A DNA stretch of 64,000 nucleotides from Bacteroidota bacterium (GCA_030835135.1 JAUQWO010000070.1:23548-87547); one strand, 5' to 3'. Counted from the first letter of the stretch, positions 18,772 to 30,468 are shown. Numbers and translations are program-made. The notes: generated by a model not told the origin, from the sequence alone.

Positions 18772-18793
18772 TAACGTAGCATAGGCTACATTT
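18772..18793. promoter_or_regulatory. MntR box
   Basis: TAACGTAGC-ATAG-GCTACATTT matches the 22-bp E. coli MntR palindrome AAACATAGC-N4-GCTATGTTT in geometry and in most bases; lies between the divergent receptor and mntR genes. Confidence 0.8.
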
Positions 18794-18833
18794 TGTTCCC
18801 ACGGTCGTGCATCCATACATGATGGAGGTCGTC

Positions 18834-19295
18834 ATGCCATCGCGGAAGAAACCGAGGCCCACGGGAGAGGCCCGGAGGAAACAGCGGGATCCCCGCGCGC
18901 TGAGCCTGGTGCAGACGCGCCGCCAGCACGCGCGGGAGATCGCAGAGGATTATGCAGAGGCAATCGCGGAATTGATCGCTGACCGGGGCGAGGCGCGGGT
19001 CGTGGACCTGGCCGCCCGCCTCGGTGTGACCCACGTAACGGTGCACCGGACCGTTGCACGGCTCCAGAAGGCCGGGTTCGTCTCGTCGCGTCCGTATCGG
19101 GCGATCGACCTGACACGGCGCGGCCGGGCCCTGGCCACGACATCGAGGAGCCGCCATGAGACGGTGCTCCAGTTCCTCCTCTCCCTCGGCATTCCAGAGC
19201 ACGTGGCGAACACCGACGCCGAAGGCATCGAACACCACGTCAGCCCGGAAACCCTGGCGGCGTTCGCATCCGCCCTGAAGAAGAGCGGCCTCTGA
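18834..19295 (+). CDS. mntR: manganese-binding transcriptional regulator MntR (DtxR family)
   Basis: EDYAEAI, ARVVDLAARLGV HTH, RHE, DAEGIEHH metal ligands; GGAGG RBS; start ATG 18834. Confidence 0.9.
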   Translation: MPSRKKPRPTGEARRKQRDPRALSLVQTRRQHAREIAEDYAEAIAELIADRGEARVVDLAARLGVTHVTVHRTVARLQKAGFVSSRPYRAIDLTRRGRALATTSRSRHETVLQFLLSLGIPEHVANTDAEGIEHHVSPETLAAFASALKKSGL

Positions 19296-19433
19296 TCCCG
19301 GCCGGCGCACTTGAGCCGCGGGAGTGCGTCGCCAGCCCGCCGTGCCCGTGATGCGAAGGGCCTGCCCATGCGCGGGTTGCCCTTTGCCGCCATGTTCGCT
19401 ATACTATGGCGGGAACCACCAGGTGAGGAGCGC

Positions 19434-19886
19434 GTGACACAGCAGGTCCGGGAAGCAAAGATCCAGCAGTTCATCGAACAGTGCAAGGCCGCGGGCATGA
19501 AGGTGACGCCCCAGCGCCTCGTGATCTTCCGTACATTGATGCAGGACGTCTCGCATCCGAGTCCGGACCGGCTGTACCGCAGGATCAAGCGTTCCCACCC
19601 GACCATCTCGCACGCCACCGTCTACACCACACTCGAAGCGTTCGCGCGCCACGGCATCATTGCCCGGCTCACGCCGCTGCATGAGACGGTCCGGTTCGAT
19701 CCGATCACCCGCCCCCACCATCATATCGTGTGCGTCAGCTGCAAGAAGGTCACGAACCTGCCGGAAGAAGAGATCCCGCCCATCGCCATCCCGGCCCACG
19801 TCAGCAGGGAGAATACCGTTCTGGGCCAGAGCGTGTATATCAACGTCCTCTGTCCGTCCTGCCGGAAACGGACACCGCGAGGGTAA
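19434..19886 (+). CDS. perR: Fur-family regulator, PerR-like
   Basis: HPS, ATVY, RFD, HHHIVCVSC, CPSC; GTG start after GAGGAG; directly upstream of katG. Confidence 0.8.
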   Translation: MTQQVREAKIQQFIEQCKAAGMKVTPQRLVIFRTLMQDVSHPSPDRLYRRIKRSHPTISHATVYTTLEAFARHGIIARLTPLHETVRFDPITRPHHHIVCVSCKKVTNLPEEEIPPIAIPAHVSRENTVLGQSVYINVLCPSCRKRTPRG

Positions 19887-19903
19887 GGCCCCCTTTTTTT
19901 GAC

Positions 19904-19933
19904 TTGACACTAATAATTATTATTAGTTACTAT
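19904..19933 (+). promoter_or_regulatory. katG promoter overlapped by a Per/Fur box
   Basis: TTGACA 19904-19909, TACTAT 19928-19933, and perfect 9-1-9 palindrome ACTAATAAT-T-ATTATTAGT at 19909-19927. Confidence 0.85.
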
Positions 19934-19993
19934 CACCTATCATGTCACACGGGCGCACCGTCCCCGGGTCGCGTCCATCACCGATCACCCTGA

Positions 19994-22213
<2,220 letters not shown>

Positions 22214-22253
22214 CCGTCGTTCCCGGCCGATGAACGCGCCATGATGCCCTCTC

Positions 22254-22286
22254 CCCGGGCGGACGGTTCCCCACCGTCCGTCCGGG
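22254..22286 (+). terminator. strong hairpin after katG
   Basis: 14-bp stem (one G.U) CCCGGGCGGACGGT/ACCGTCCGTCCGGG; no U-tract. Confidence 0.5.
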
Positions 22287-22296
22287 TGCGTGGTGC

Positions 22297-22833
22297 TGGT
22301 GGGGCGTGGAGCCGGGGGACACGATCGAAGTCTTCGACACCGACAAAGGGAAGATCTCCATACAGATCGGGTACGACATCACGGTCCCGGAGGTGAGCCG
22401 CATTGCGGCACGGGGTGGCGCGCAGCTCATCTTCGTCCCATTCTGCACGGATGAACGGTACGCCTATCTCCGGGTGCGCTATTGTGCGCAGGCCCGCTGC
22501 GTGGAAAATCACGTCTTCGCGGTCATGTCCGGCACCGTCGGCAATCTCCCCCATGTGGAGAACATGGATATTCAGTATGCGCAGTCCGGTATCTTCACCC
22601 CGTCGGACATCCCCTTCACCCGCGACGGTATCGCCTCGGAATCCACACCGAACATCGAAACCGTGATCATCGATGATGTGGACGTGGAGTTGCTGAAGCT
22701 CCATCGTCAGACGGGGAGTCTCATCAACATTCAGAACATGCGATCCGATCTGTTCGAGCTTCGTCTGACACCCCCTGCCGGCGGGGAGCACATCATCGAA
22801 GCAGGAGAGCGCAACCGGTCGGGCTCCACCTGA
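22297..22833 (+). pseudogene. 5'-truncated carbon-nitrogen hydrolase (nitrilase-like) gene
   Basis: WWGVEPGD..VFDTD.GKI...YD, CAQARCVEN, NMDIQYAQS.IFTPSD match the C-terminal half of the family. The N-terminal half with the catalytic Glu/Lys is absent, and the catalytic Cys reads Gly (IGYD). Confidence 0.75.
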
Positions 22834-23076
22834 CGTGATGGCACCACGCCGGTCGGACCGGCAGCCCCTCATCGGGCAGAGTGATCACCGGGGACCCACG
22901 CGACGCTCCCGAGTACCCCGTAGCAACGCCGCAAGGCCCGCAATGGTTCGACGAACACGCACGGATCCCCGACGAAACCGTTCCTGGCGTCGTCCGGCCG
23001 TGTAACAAAACCACCGCTGCGGAGTCTAATGAAGGAGAGTCCAGAAGTGAGCAGAGGACCGTAGAAGGAGGACACT

Positions 23077-23508
23077 ATGACACGACTCTTGCTGTTTGCC
23101 TGTGCGGCATCACTCGCGCTGACCCCGGTGCGGGCGGATCAGAGCATCACAACATGCGCATCCTTCAAGACCTACCAGGAATTTCCGTTCCATCGATGGG
23201 AGCGGGCATTCATCGAATCCCTGAACTTCCCCATCCCCCCTGTGGTGGAAAGCGCACTGCGGGACGTGGCCGCGGTCAAACTCGCACAACCGGACCTCAC
23301 CAGCGAGCGGGTCTACGCAAAGATCTGTGAACTCGCTGACGGGGGCGCGACACCGGCGGTGCGGTACAAAGCGGCGATGGTGCGACTTGTCTTCGACTTC
23401 CCGCAGCTCTTTGCCGAGGAACGGGGGCGTGAGTACAGGAATGACCAGGAGCTCTTCACCGCCCTCGCGTTTCGTCTCCATCGCTCCACGCTGGTGATGG
23501 CTCGCTGA
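23077..23508 (+). CDS. secreted hypothetical helical (HEAT-like) protein
   Basis: AAGGAGG RBS, signal peptide MTRLLLFACAASLALTPVRA, TPAVRYKAA motif. Confidence 0.7.
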   Translation: MTRLLLFACAASLALTPVRADQSITTCASFKTYQEFPFHRWERAFIESLNFPIPPVVESALRDVAAVKLAQPDLTSERVYAKICELADGGATPAVRYKAAMVRLVFDFPQLFAEERGREYRNDQELFTALAFRLHRSTLVMAR

Positions 23509-23599
23509 GAGGTGGATCGGCACCCTTCACCGGGTTGCCGCACCGGTAGGGGGTCGTGGGGGTTCACCCCCACCACACCGGGTCGACAGGGCTGCCTTC

Positions 23600-26509
23600 T
23601 CAACTCCGTGAGATCTGCAGTCCGGTTTCCGAAAGTTGGAAGTCCACGAAGCGGGCGTTGGCATTCGGCGGCTCGGCGTTCAGGATCTCGCGGATCTTCT
23701 TCGTCGCATCGCTGTCCCTGGCCAGCATGAGCATGAACCCGCCGCCGCCGGCGCCGGCCAATTTCTTCCCGAGAAGGTACGGTGCAACCTTGACGAGCAT
23801 GCGCTCGATCTCCGGCGTGTTCGTCCCGGCATCGAGCTGGTTGTTCAATTGCCAGCTCTTCTCGATCTGCCTCCCCAGATGCTGGTAGTCCCCCCGCTGG
23901 ATCACGTCGAATGTCTCCGCTGCATGATCGCCGATCTCCCCGAGGAGCCCGATCCTCCTGCCGGAGTTCAGGAACATCCCACGCACGATCTCCGCCAGGA
24001 TGCTCTTCGCCACGCGTGTGATGCCGGTGTAATAGAGGAGCATCGACGACTTATACGCCACATCCGTGAAGAGCTGGTTCGGCAACCAACGAATGACCGG
24101 AACCTGCTCCAATCCGGGTTTCGTCTCGATGATCTTGATCCCCTGCATGATCCCACCGAGCTGATCCTGCCACCCCCCGCCCGTGGTGAGCAACTGCTCC
24201 AGCACCAGGGTCATCTGCGACACCCTGGCGTTGTCCCAGTTCAGGTCGCAGGTCTCGGCAAGGGTGCCAAGCACCGTCGCCGCCAGGATGCTGCTCGTCC
24301 CCAATCCCGAACCCTTCGGTACCGCTGCCAGCGTCGTGATCTCAAGTCCCCCGCCGAACGCCTCAAGTTGCGTCTCAAGGCCAGGGTAACGTGTTGCCGC
24401 GAACTCCGGGCTGAAGCCCGCGAGCGACAATGCCGCTTTTGCGATCGCGAACGGGGAACCCACCTTATGATAGTGGGTGAGCTGCTCGTAGGTCTCGATA
24501 CTTTCCTCAACCCCGAGATCGATGGAACGCAGGATGATCTTCGGTGAGGCCGATGGCTTGATGAAGCACTGGATCGGCGGCTGTCCATTGAGGTTCAGCG
24601 CGATGTTCACGACCCGTCCGCCATTGATGAGGCAGTACGGCGGTGTGTCCGTCCACCCGCCGGCCAGATCGATGCGTACCGGACTCCTCCCCCAGATGAT
24701 CTGATCCCTGATGAGGGTCAGGCGTGGCGAGGCGCTGGTCTGGACGCACGCCCCGATGATCGATTCCTTCAACAGCGCGAAGGCCTTCTGCTCGTCCTCC
24801 CTGCCGCTCTCCCGGCGAAGTTCCGCCACGCGCGCCCTGAACATGTAGCTGTGGATCCGCTTCATCGGCTGCGCATCGCTGCTGAGGTCGGGAGGCAGGG
24901 GGATCCCGAACGCATGATAATCATCGGCGAGTTTCTCGAGATCCAGCTGGTAGAATATCGAGTATTCATGGTTCCGGGCGATCAGCGGGATCGTCACGCT
25001 GCAGAATCTGGCCCGTTGCTCCTGGAGTCTCGTGAGGTCCGCAGCACTGCAGATCGCCGTAGCCGACAGTTTGGCGGCGGTGCGGTAGAGCTCCCTGTGC
25101 GCGTCGTCATCGGTGGTGCCACCGCCGATCATCCACTGCACGAACGTTCCGGTCAGCGCCCGCCTGCCGATCACGGGGAAGATCTCCGCGAACTGGATAT
25201 CGGTACCATCCGACGCGAAGGATGACCGGGTGAGTCCGCGCGCCGCGTACCAATGGTCGCATGGCCGACCCATCCACATGGTCTCAGGCCGTCCCACAGC
25301 ACCGTTGAATGTATCCGTGTACCCATAGGGCCGGACGCAATATGCGTCCGGGCCGACAGGCACGATGTCCAGGCAGATCGCGTCCGGCATCTCGATGGTC
25401 CACTCGTTCGTGGGCACACCGGTGATCATCTGGTTCTTCCCGAGCTTCCAGTTCTGACTGATGTCCGAGTTCTCGATCCACAGGTACTGATGCTCTGCGG
25501 TGAACGTCACGTCGGTCTTCGCATTCAGGACGAAGATGGCAGGATGCGGCTTGATCTTGCGGTGCCAGATCGCCCGCTGGTTCAGCACACGGTTCTGCAG
25601 CGCGACACTCGATGCGATGACCTCGTCCGTGGTGCCGAAGTGATAGAACTCTCCCTTGTCCAGCGCGACGACGGCCGTGGTCAGCCCGTTGAGGTCCGCA
25701 TCGTTCGTCACCGGGATCGACCCCAGACCCAGGCCGAAATCGCTGTACAGGTCGTACGTCCCCGGAACGCCGCCCGCATACGTTGCCTCTTCGTCCCGCC
25801 AGCCGCACTTGCGCATCAACACCTGTACGGCCCTATCGCTCAGAAGCCAGACACCGATATCGATCAATTCATCGTATCTGTTGGAGAGCTCGATGATCTT
25901 CTCCGTGGATGGCTTCTGCAGCATGAACGCCAGCGCGCCCGACTGGTTGCGCTCGAGGAAGAATACGCCGTGATGTGTCGCCTTCGCGGGCTCCGTCCAG
26001 ATGCCGAAACAGACCACATCGGCCACGGGGATCTCCGGGATGGGGCCTTCGTTCCAGATCAGCACGTCGCCGCTCGTGATCAGCGTGTTCGCATGGCCCG
26101 GCGCAGAGCCCATGATCTTCTCGAAGAGCGGCACCTGCAGATCGAGCAGCTTCTGCTGCAGGTTCTGCCCGCGGCTCCATCGGAACACAGGCAGCGGGGT
26201 GAGGATCTTGCCTGAAGGGGCATAGGCAGGCAGCCTGCGGCTCAGTCCGCCCGCATGAATGATGATCTTCTTCTCCTGCGCAAGCCACCCGACCATCCCC
26301 GCAATCCTGTCGGCACCCTCATGCGGATCCGCCGCTGCATCCAAGATATCATGCTGCCAGCATGCACTCAGGGCGTGCGATGTGCCGCCACCCGAGCCTA
26401 TGCGCGTCCCATGGGGATCCGACGTGACGAACCAGCGACGCGGGTCTTTGGTTTCGAGCTGATGAAAGGTGTCCACCAGATTCGGGGGGAGGCTGAGGAT
26501 GTATTTCAT
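23600..26509 (-). CDS. fkp: bifunctional L-fucokinase / fucose-1-phosphate guanylyltransferase
   Basis: LSLPPNLV, GSGGGT, HAGG.SRRLPAYAPSGK, PVRIDLAGGWTDTPPY, PKGSGLGTSS, GGGWQDQ, GAGGGG GHMP motifs. Confidence 0.95.
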   Translation of the reverse strand: MKYILSLPPNLVDTFHQLETKDPRRWFVTSDPHGTRIGSGGGTSHALSACWQHDILDAAADPHEGADRIAGMVGWLAQEKKIIIHAGGLSRRLPAYAPSGKILTPLPVFRWSRGQNLQQKLLDLQVPLFEKIMGSAPGHANTLITSGDVLIWNEGPIPEIPVADVVCFGIWTEPAKATHHGVFFLERNQSGALAFMLQKPSTEKIIELSNRYDELIDIGVWLLSDRAVQVLMRKCGWRDEEATYAGGVPGTYDLYSDFGLGLGSIPVTNDADLNGLTTAVVALDKGEFYHFGTTDEVIASSVALQNRVLNQRAIWHRKIKPHPAIFVLNAKTDVTFTAEHQYLWIENSDISQNWKLGKNQMITGVPTNEWTIEMPDAICLDIVPVGPDAYCVRPYGYTDTFNGAVGRPETMWMGRPCDHWYAARGLTRSSFASDGTDIQFAEIFPVIGRRALTGTFVQWMIGGGTTDDDAHRELYRTAAKLSATAICSAADLTRLQEQRARFCSVTIPLIARNHEYSIFYQLDLEKLADDYHAFGIPLPPDLSSDAQPMKRIHSYMFRARVAELRRESGREDEQKAFALLKESIIGACVQTSASPRLTLIRDQIIWGRSPVRIDLAGGWTDTPPYCLINGGRVVNIALNLNGQPPIQCFIKPSASPKIILRSIDLGVEESIETYEQLTHYHKVGSPFAIAKAALSLAGFSPEFAATRYPGLETQLEAFGGGLEITTLAAVPKGSGLGTSSILAATVLGTLAETCDLNWDNARVSQMTLVLEQLLTTGGGWQDQLGGIMQGIKIIETKPGLEQVPVIRWLPNQLFTDVAYKSSMLLYYTGITRVAKSILAEIVRGMFLNSGRRIGLLGEIGDHAAETFDVIQRGDYQHLGRQIEKSWQLNNQLDAGTNTPEIERMLVKVAPYLLGKKLAGAGGGGFMLMLARDSDATKKIREILNAEPPNANARFVDFQLSETGLQISRS

Positions 26510-26658
26510 GGGGGTGCTTGGTGTGTGGATGCGCAGGTCTGGAACTCTTCAGTATCCCAACAAAAACAATGATATTCAATCCCCGTTGGGTGATGCCCGT
26601 TCTCCAGCTCGTTCAGGCAAGCCTCTCCCGGACATCACTCCTGATCCCGGAGCGCCCG

Positions 26659-27690
26659 TCAGTGGTCGGTTCCCGGCGCACACTCCAGGAGAGCCGGACG
26701 CCAATTGTCGTACCCCCGGAGGATATTCTCTTCGGTCAGCGCCGCGGCTTCCCTGTCGGTCAACTGGCGTGACCATCCCACGCGTGCCGAAGGGTCGGCG
26801 CCGGGTCCCCGGCTGTTGTATTCCGCATAGCGCGCGGTGCGTTCTGCTTCCGGCTTGCTCCAATTGTGCCAGCCGGCGGGGAGAATGTGCGCACCCATCT
26901 CACACCCGACGAACACCGTGTGGGCGTACGACCTCCACGGCCGGCCCAGATACACCTTCCGGCCGATGGAGTCCGCGAGAAGCCGGCATTGCAGAAAGAC
27001 GAAGCCAAACTCCCGCGCCGCCGCCGTTGATGCTGCCGTGATGTAGGAATCCTTCTTGCTTATGATCGTGCAGCACCGGAAGACCGCCGTGCTCGGTCCG
27101 AAGATGAAATCCGTCGTGCCTTCGATGGTGCAGCTGTCGAAGAGCTGCCTGCTGGTCTCCCCTCCCCCGAACAGCGTATCCTGGTTGCCGAGAAGACGGC
27201 ATCGACGGAACACGCACCGGTCCCCCTCAACATGCAGCGCCACCGCCTGTCCGACCGGGCCCGCACTGTTCACAATAGTGATGTTCTCGAACGTGATGTC
27301 CGTGCCGGCCACCAGACAGGTGTGGGAAGTGAACGTCCCGTGCTTCTTCCCGGCCGTATCGGTCTTTCCCGCGTGATCATCGTACGTGATGATCGTCGCT
27401 CCCACATCTTCACCGACGATGGTGATCCTGCGCTTCCATGCCGGGATCACGAGCTTCTCGCGGTAGACTCCCCGGCGTACAAGGATCCGGTAGTCACGCT
27501 CAGCATAGTCGCGACACGCATTTACGGCATCCTGGATGGACCGATGGTCCCCGGTGCCATCCGCTGCAACGATGAGATCGTACGACACCCGTGCACCCTG
27601 ACCCCGTGCGGGAACGGCAGCGAGGAGCAGGAGGAGTGCACTGAGGACGGTGCCCGTACGCAGTGACCGCAGATGGTCCGGCCGGATCAT
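26659..27690 (-). CDS. pectinesterase (CE8)
   Basis: Signal peptide; DGTGDH.SIQDA, GQAVAL, QDTL, IEGTTDFIFG, LGRPW. Start reassigned to ATG 27690. Confidence 0.92.
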   Translation of the reverse strand: MIRPDHLRSLRTGTVLSALLLLLAAVPARGQGARVSYDLIVAADGTGDHRSIQDAVNACRDYAERDYRILVRRGVYREKLVIPAWKRRITIVGEDVGATIITYDDHAGKTDTAGKKHGTFTSHTCLVAGTDITFENITIVNSAGPVGQAVALHVEGDRCVFRRCRLLGNQDTLFGGGETSRQLFDSCTIEGTTDFIFGPSTAVFRCCTIISKKDSYITAASTAAAREFGFVFLQCRLLADSIGRKVYLGRPWRSYAHTVFVGCEMGAHILPAGWHNWSKPEAERTARYAEYNSRGPGADPSARVGWSRQLTDREAAALTEENILRGYDNWRPALLECAPGTDH

Positions 27691-27850
27691 GGCATGCAAC
27701 CTTCTTCGAACATGTGGTGAGTTCCTCTCCGGATGACACTGGGATCGTGGGTGCCGTAGAAATATACGCTGCCGGCACCCCCCGTGCAATGGCGGGGTCG
27801 GGAGACGGTGCGGACGCAGGGAGGGCGCCCCGGGAAAATGCGATACCCCC

Positions 27851-27893
27851 TTGACAATGAGCGATGCATGTTGTACTTTGTATCACAAAGTAC
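27851..27893 (+). promoter_or_regulatory. promoter with overlapping 8-5-8 operator
   Basis: TTGACA 27851-27856, -10 TACTTT 27874-27879, perfect palindrome GTACTTTG-TATCA-CAAAGTAC at 27873-27893. Confidence 0.75.
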
Positions 27894-27907
27894 TTTAAGG
27901 GAACAGC

Positions 27908-28534
27908 ATGGCGACCATCGATTCCGGACTTCGCGACATTGCCGAGATCCGCTCCATCATGGAGCGATCCACAAAGTTCATCTCCCTGAGCGGGTTCTCG
28001 GGGATCGGTGCGGGAACGGTCGCGCTGCTGGGGGCCTGGATGGCCGGATCATTCCTCAGTGCGGACGGCGTGACGATCACGGCTGCCATGACGAGCGCCG
28101 ACCTGCAGCCCGGGACCAGGAGCAACCTTCTGCTCCTCGGGATCGGTATCCTCGTCTGTGCACTCGCCGTCGCATGGTTCTTCTCACGCCGCGTCATGCG
28201 CGCACACGCGGAGCCCGTGCACGGACCCGTCATGCGTCACCTCGTCCTCTCCCTGGCGGTCCCCCTCCTCGTCGGGACGGTCATGACGCTCCTGCTGTTC
28301 TTCCACGGCCCGCTCTGGACGATCGTCCCCTCCATGCTGCTTTTCTACGGACTCGGCATCTTCAGCGCCGGCTCGTTCACCTTCGGAGAGATCCGCACCC
28401 TGGGCGTGATCGAGATCCTCCTCGGACTCCTCGCCGCTCTCCTTCCCGGGCACGGCCTGGTCCTCTGGGCAACCGGATTCGGTGGGGTTCATATCCTCTA
28501 TGGCATCCTCCTGTTCCGGAAGTACCGGCAGTGA
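27908..28534 (+). CDS. conserved membrane protein
   Basis: DIAEIRSIMERSTKFISLSG N-terminal motif, about 6 TM segments, GFGGVHILYG. Confidence 0.85.
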   Translation: MATIDSGLRDIAEIRSIMERSTKFISLSGFSGIGAGTVALLGAWMAGSFLSADGVTITAAMTSADLQPGTRSNLLLLGIGILVCALAVAWFFSRRVMRAHAEPVHGPVMRHLVLSLAVPLLVGTVMTLLLFFHGPLWTIVPSMLLFYGLGIFSAGSFTFGEIRTLGVIEILLGLLAALLPGHGLVLWATGFGGVHILYGILLFRKYRQ

Positions 28535-28830
28535 GCTCCCTTATCGAACATATCAACCCCCTGTTCGAGAACAGGATCCGGCTCGGGATCATGTCGGTCC
28601 TCGTGGTGGGAGAGTCCAGGGACTTCACCACGCTCCGCTCGCTCCTGAATGTCACCGATGGCAATCTCGCCAGCCATCTCAAGGTCCTCGAGGAACATCG
28701 ATTCGTGAAGGTCAAAAAGGAATTCATCGGCCGCAAGCCGCAGACCTCGTACATGGTCACCGACACGGGGCGCAAGGCGTTCATGGCACATCTGGCCGGA
28801 CTGGAAGAGGTGATACGGAACGCACAGTGA
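28531..28830 (+). CDS. winged-helix transcriptional regulator (ArsR/MarR-like)
   Basis: GTG start overlapping the upstream TGA; FENRIRLGIMSVL, TDGNLASHLKVLEE, KPQTSY..T..GRKAF..HL..LE. Confidence 0.88.
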   Translation: MSSLIEHINPLFENRIRLGIMSVLVVGESRDFTTLRSLLNVTDGNLASHLKVLEEHRFVKVKKEFIGRKPQTSYMVTDTGRKAFMAHLAGLEEVIRNAQ

Positions 28831-28845
28831 CTTTTTTTTCACGTT

Positions 28846-28866
28846 ATACTTTGCCGTACAGAGCAC
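28846..28866. promoter_or_regulatory. second, degenerate copy of the 8-5-8 operator
   Basis: ATACTTTG-CCGTA-CAGAGCAC versus GTACTTTG-N5-CAAAGTAC. Confidence 0.6.
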
Positions 28867-28879
28867 TCTGACCAATCAC

Positions 28880-30424
28880 ATGAAGAAGGAAGGCGCCATG
28901 ACACCCCCCCGACCGGCAGTCCGCAAGTTGCTGCTCACCACACTCCTGCTGGCCATTGCAGGTGACATCCTCCTACGCGTGGAGCCCTGGGGACTCAATG
29001 TCCCGGTCGTCATGCTCCTTCTCGTCGCGGGCATCGGGGTCGTCGGCCACGCTATGCGCGACCCGCTCCCCCCTGATGCCTGGATCATCGCCGGACTCGG
29101 TGTGCTCACCGCCGGCTGCATCGCATGGCGTGATGCCGCGGAACTGATCGCCTTCGATCTGCTCGCGACGATCGCGGCCATCCATCTGGTGACGGCACGC
29201 AGACGCTCCGGCGAGTTCATGCACATGACCTTCGTCGACCATCTCCTCCACGTGTTCACGCAGATGGTCCATCTCGCCGCCGGGTCCTTCCTGCTCCTCC
29301 TCCACGACCTCCGTCCGGACAGCGGTGAAGGTGTCTCGGACCGCGCACGGATGGGCCGGATCGCCCTCGGCATCGCCCTCACGATACCGGTCATGCTCGT
29401 GTTCGGGGCGCTCCTCACCTCCGCTGATGCGACCTTTGAGTATCTGATCACCGACATCTTGAGGATCGACATCTGGACACTCATCGGTCATGCTGCACTC
29501 ATCGCGTTCCTCGCCTGGATCGCCGGCGGGTGGCTCCGCGGCCGGTTCCTCGCGACAGAATCGTTCTCCTCCAACCTTCTGACCCAGAACCGTGTCTCGC
29601 TCGGGATCACCGAACTCGCGATCCTCCTCGGCTCCCTGGATCTGCTGTTCGGGATCTTTGTTGCGATCCAGATCCCCCATTTCTTCGGGGGCCATGCGGC
29701 GATCCTCGACACGCCCGCACTCACCTATGCGCAGTACGCCCGCCGCGGCTTCTTCGAACTCATCGCGGTTGCCGCTCTCGGACTCCCGCTCGTGCTGATG
29801 GTGGATTGGCTCTACCGGGGAACGGTGGCACGCGAACGGACGATCATCCGCATGCTCTCCGCGGTGATGATCGCGTTCCTGGGGGTGATGCTCGCTTCCG
29901 CGATGCACAGACTCTTCCTCTACATGGACGCGTACGGACTTACCGCGGCGCGCATCAACGCCGCGGCGATCCTCATCTGGATCAGTCTGGCCCTGATCCT
30001 CTTCTGCCTCCTGGTCTTCCGGGGAAAACGCAACGCCCTCCCCTTCGGCATCATCGTCTCGGGGTACATCGTCCTCCTCGGACTGAATGCCGTCAACCCG
30101 GACGCCCTGGTGGCGCGTGTGAATATGACCCGCATGGCTGCCGATGGTACGTTCGATCCGCAGTACACCTTCCGACTCGGGGCGGATGCGGTGCCGGTCC
30201 TGCTCGAACGGATGCCGGCTCTTACGCCCGAACAACGGAGTGAGCTGGCAGAACACCTGCTCCGCACCCACACCGACAGCACATCGACGGCGGATATCCG
30301 GTCCTGGAACGCCTCCCGGGCCACGGCGAATGCTCTCGTCAGCAAGCGCGAAGCCGCGCTGCGGGGATACATCATTCCCACGCCGGCCCGGACGAACCCG
30401 GCGCACGACAGCCCGACACGCTAG
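28880..30424 (+). CDS. DUF4153/DUF4173-like polytopic membrane protein
   Basis: LLTSADATF, YAQYARRGFFEL, YMDAYGLT..R, C-terminal WN motif; many TM helices. Confidence 0.85.
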   Translation: MKKEGAMTPPRPAVRKLLLTTLLLAIAGDILLRVEPWGLNVPVVMLLLVAGIGVVGHAMRDPLPPDAWIIAGLGVLTAGCIAWRDAAELIAFDLLATIAAIHLVTARRRSGEFMHMTFVDHLLHVFTQMVHLAAGSFLLLLHDLRPDSGEGVSDRARMGRIALGIALTIPVMLVFGALLTSADATFEYLITDILRIDIWTLIGHAALIAFLAWIAGGWLRGRFLATESFSSNLLTQNRVSLGITELAILLGSLDLLFGIFVAIQIPHFFGGHAAILDTPALTYAQYARRGFFELIAVAALGLPLVLMVDWLYRGTVARERTIIRMLSAVMIAFLGVMLASAMHRLFLYMDAYGLTAARINAAAILIWISLALILFCLLVFRGKRNALPFGIIVSGYIVLLGLNAVNPDALVARVNMTRMAADGTFDPQYTFRLGADAVPVLLERMPALTPEQRSELAEHLLRTHTDSTSTADIRSWNASRATANALVSKREAALRGYIIPTPARTNPAHDSPTR

Positions 30425-30468
30425 CCCCGGGGTCGCACCGGCGGTGTCCGGCATTCCGGGTCACGCGG

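Noticed and set aside
27784-28530. Long N-terminal extension of the wHTH ORF in the track
   Set aside because: Low-complexity alternative frame over the membrane-protein gene; the real start is GTG 28531.
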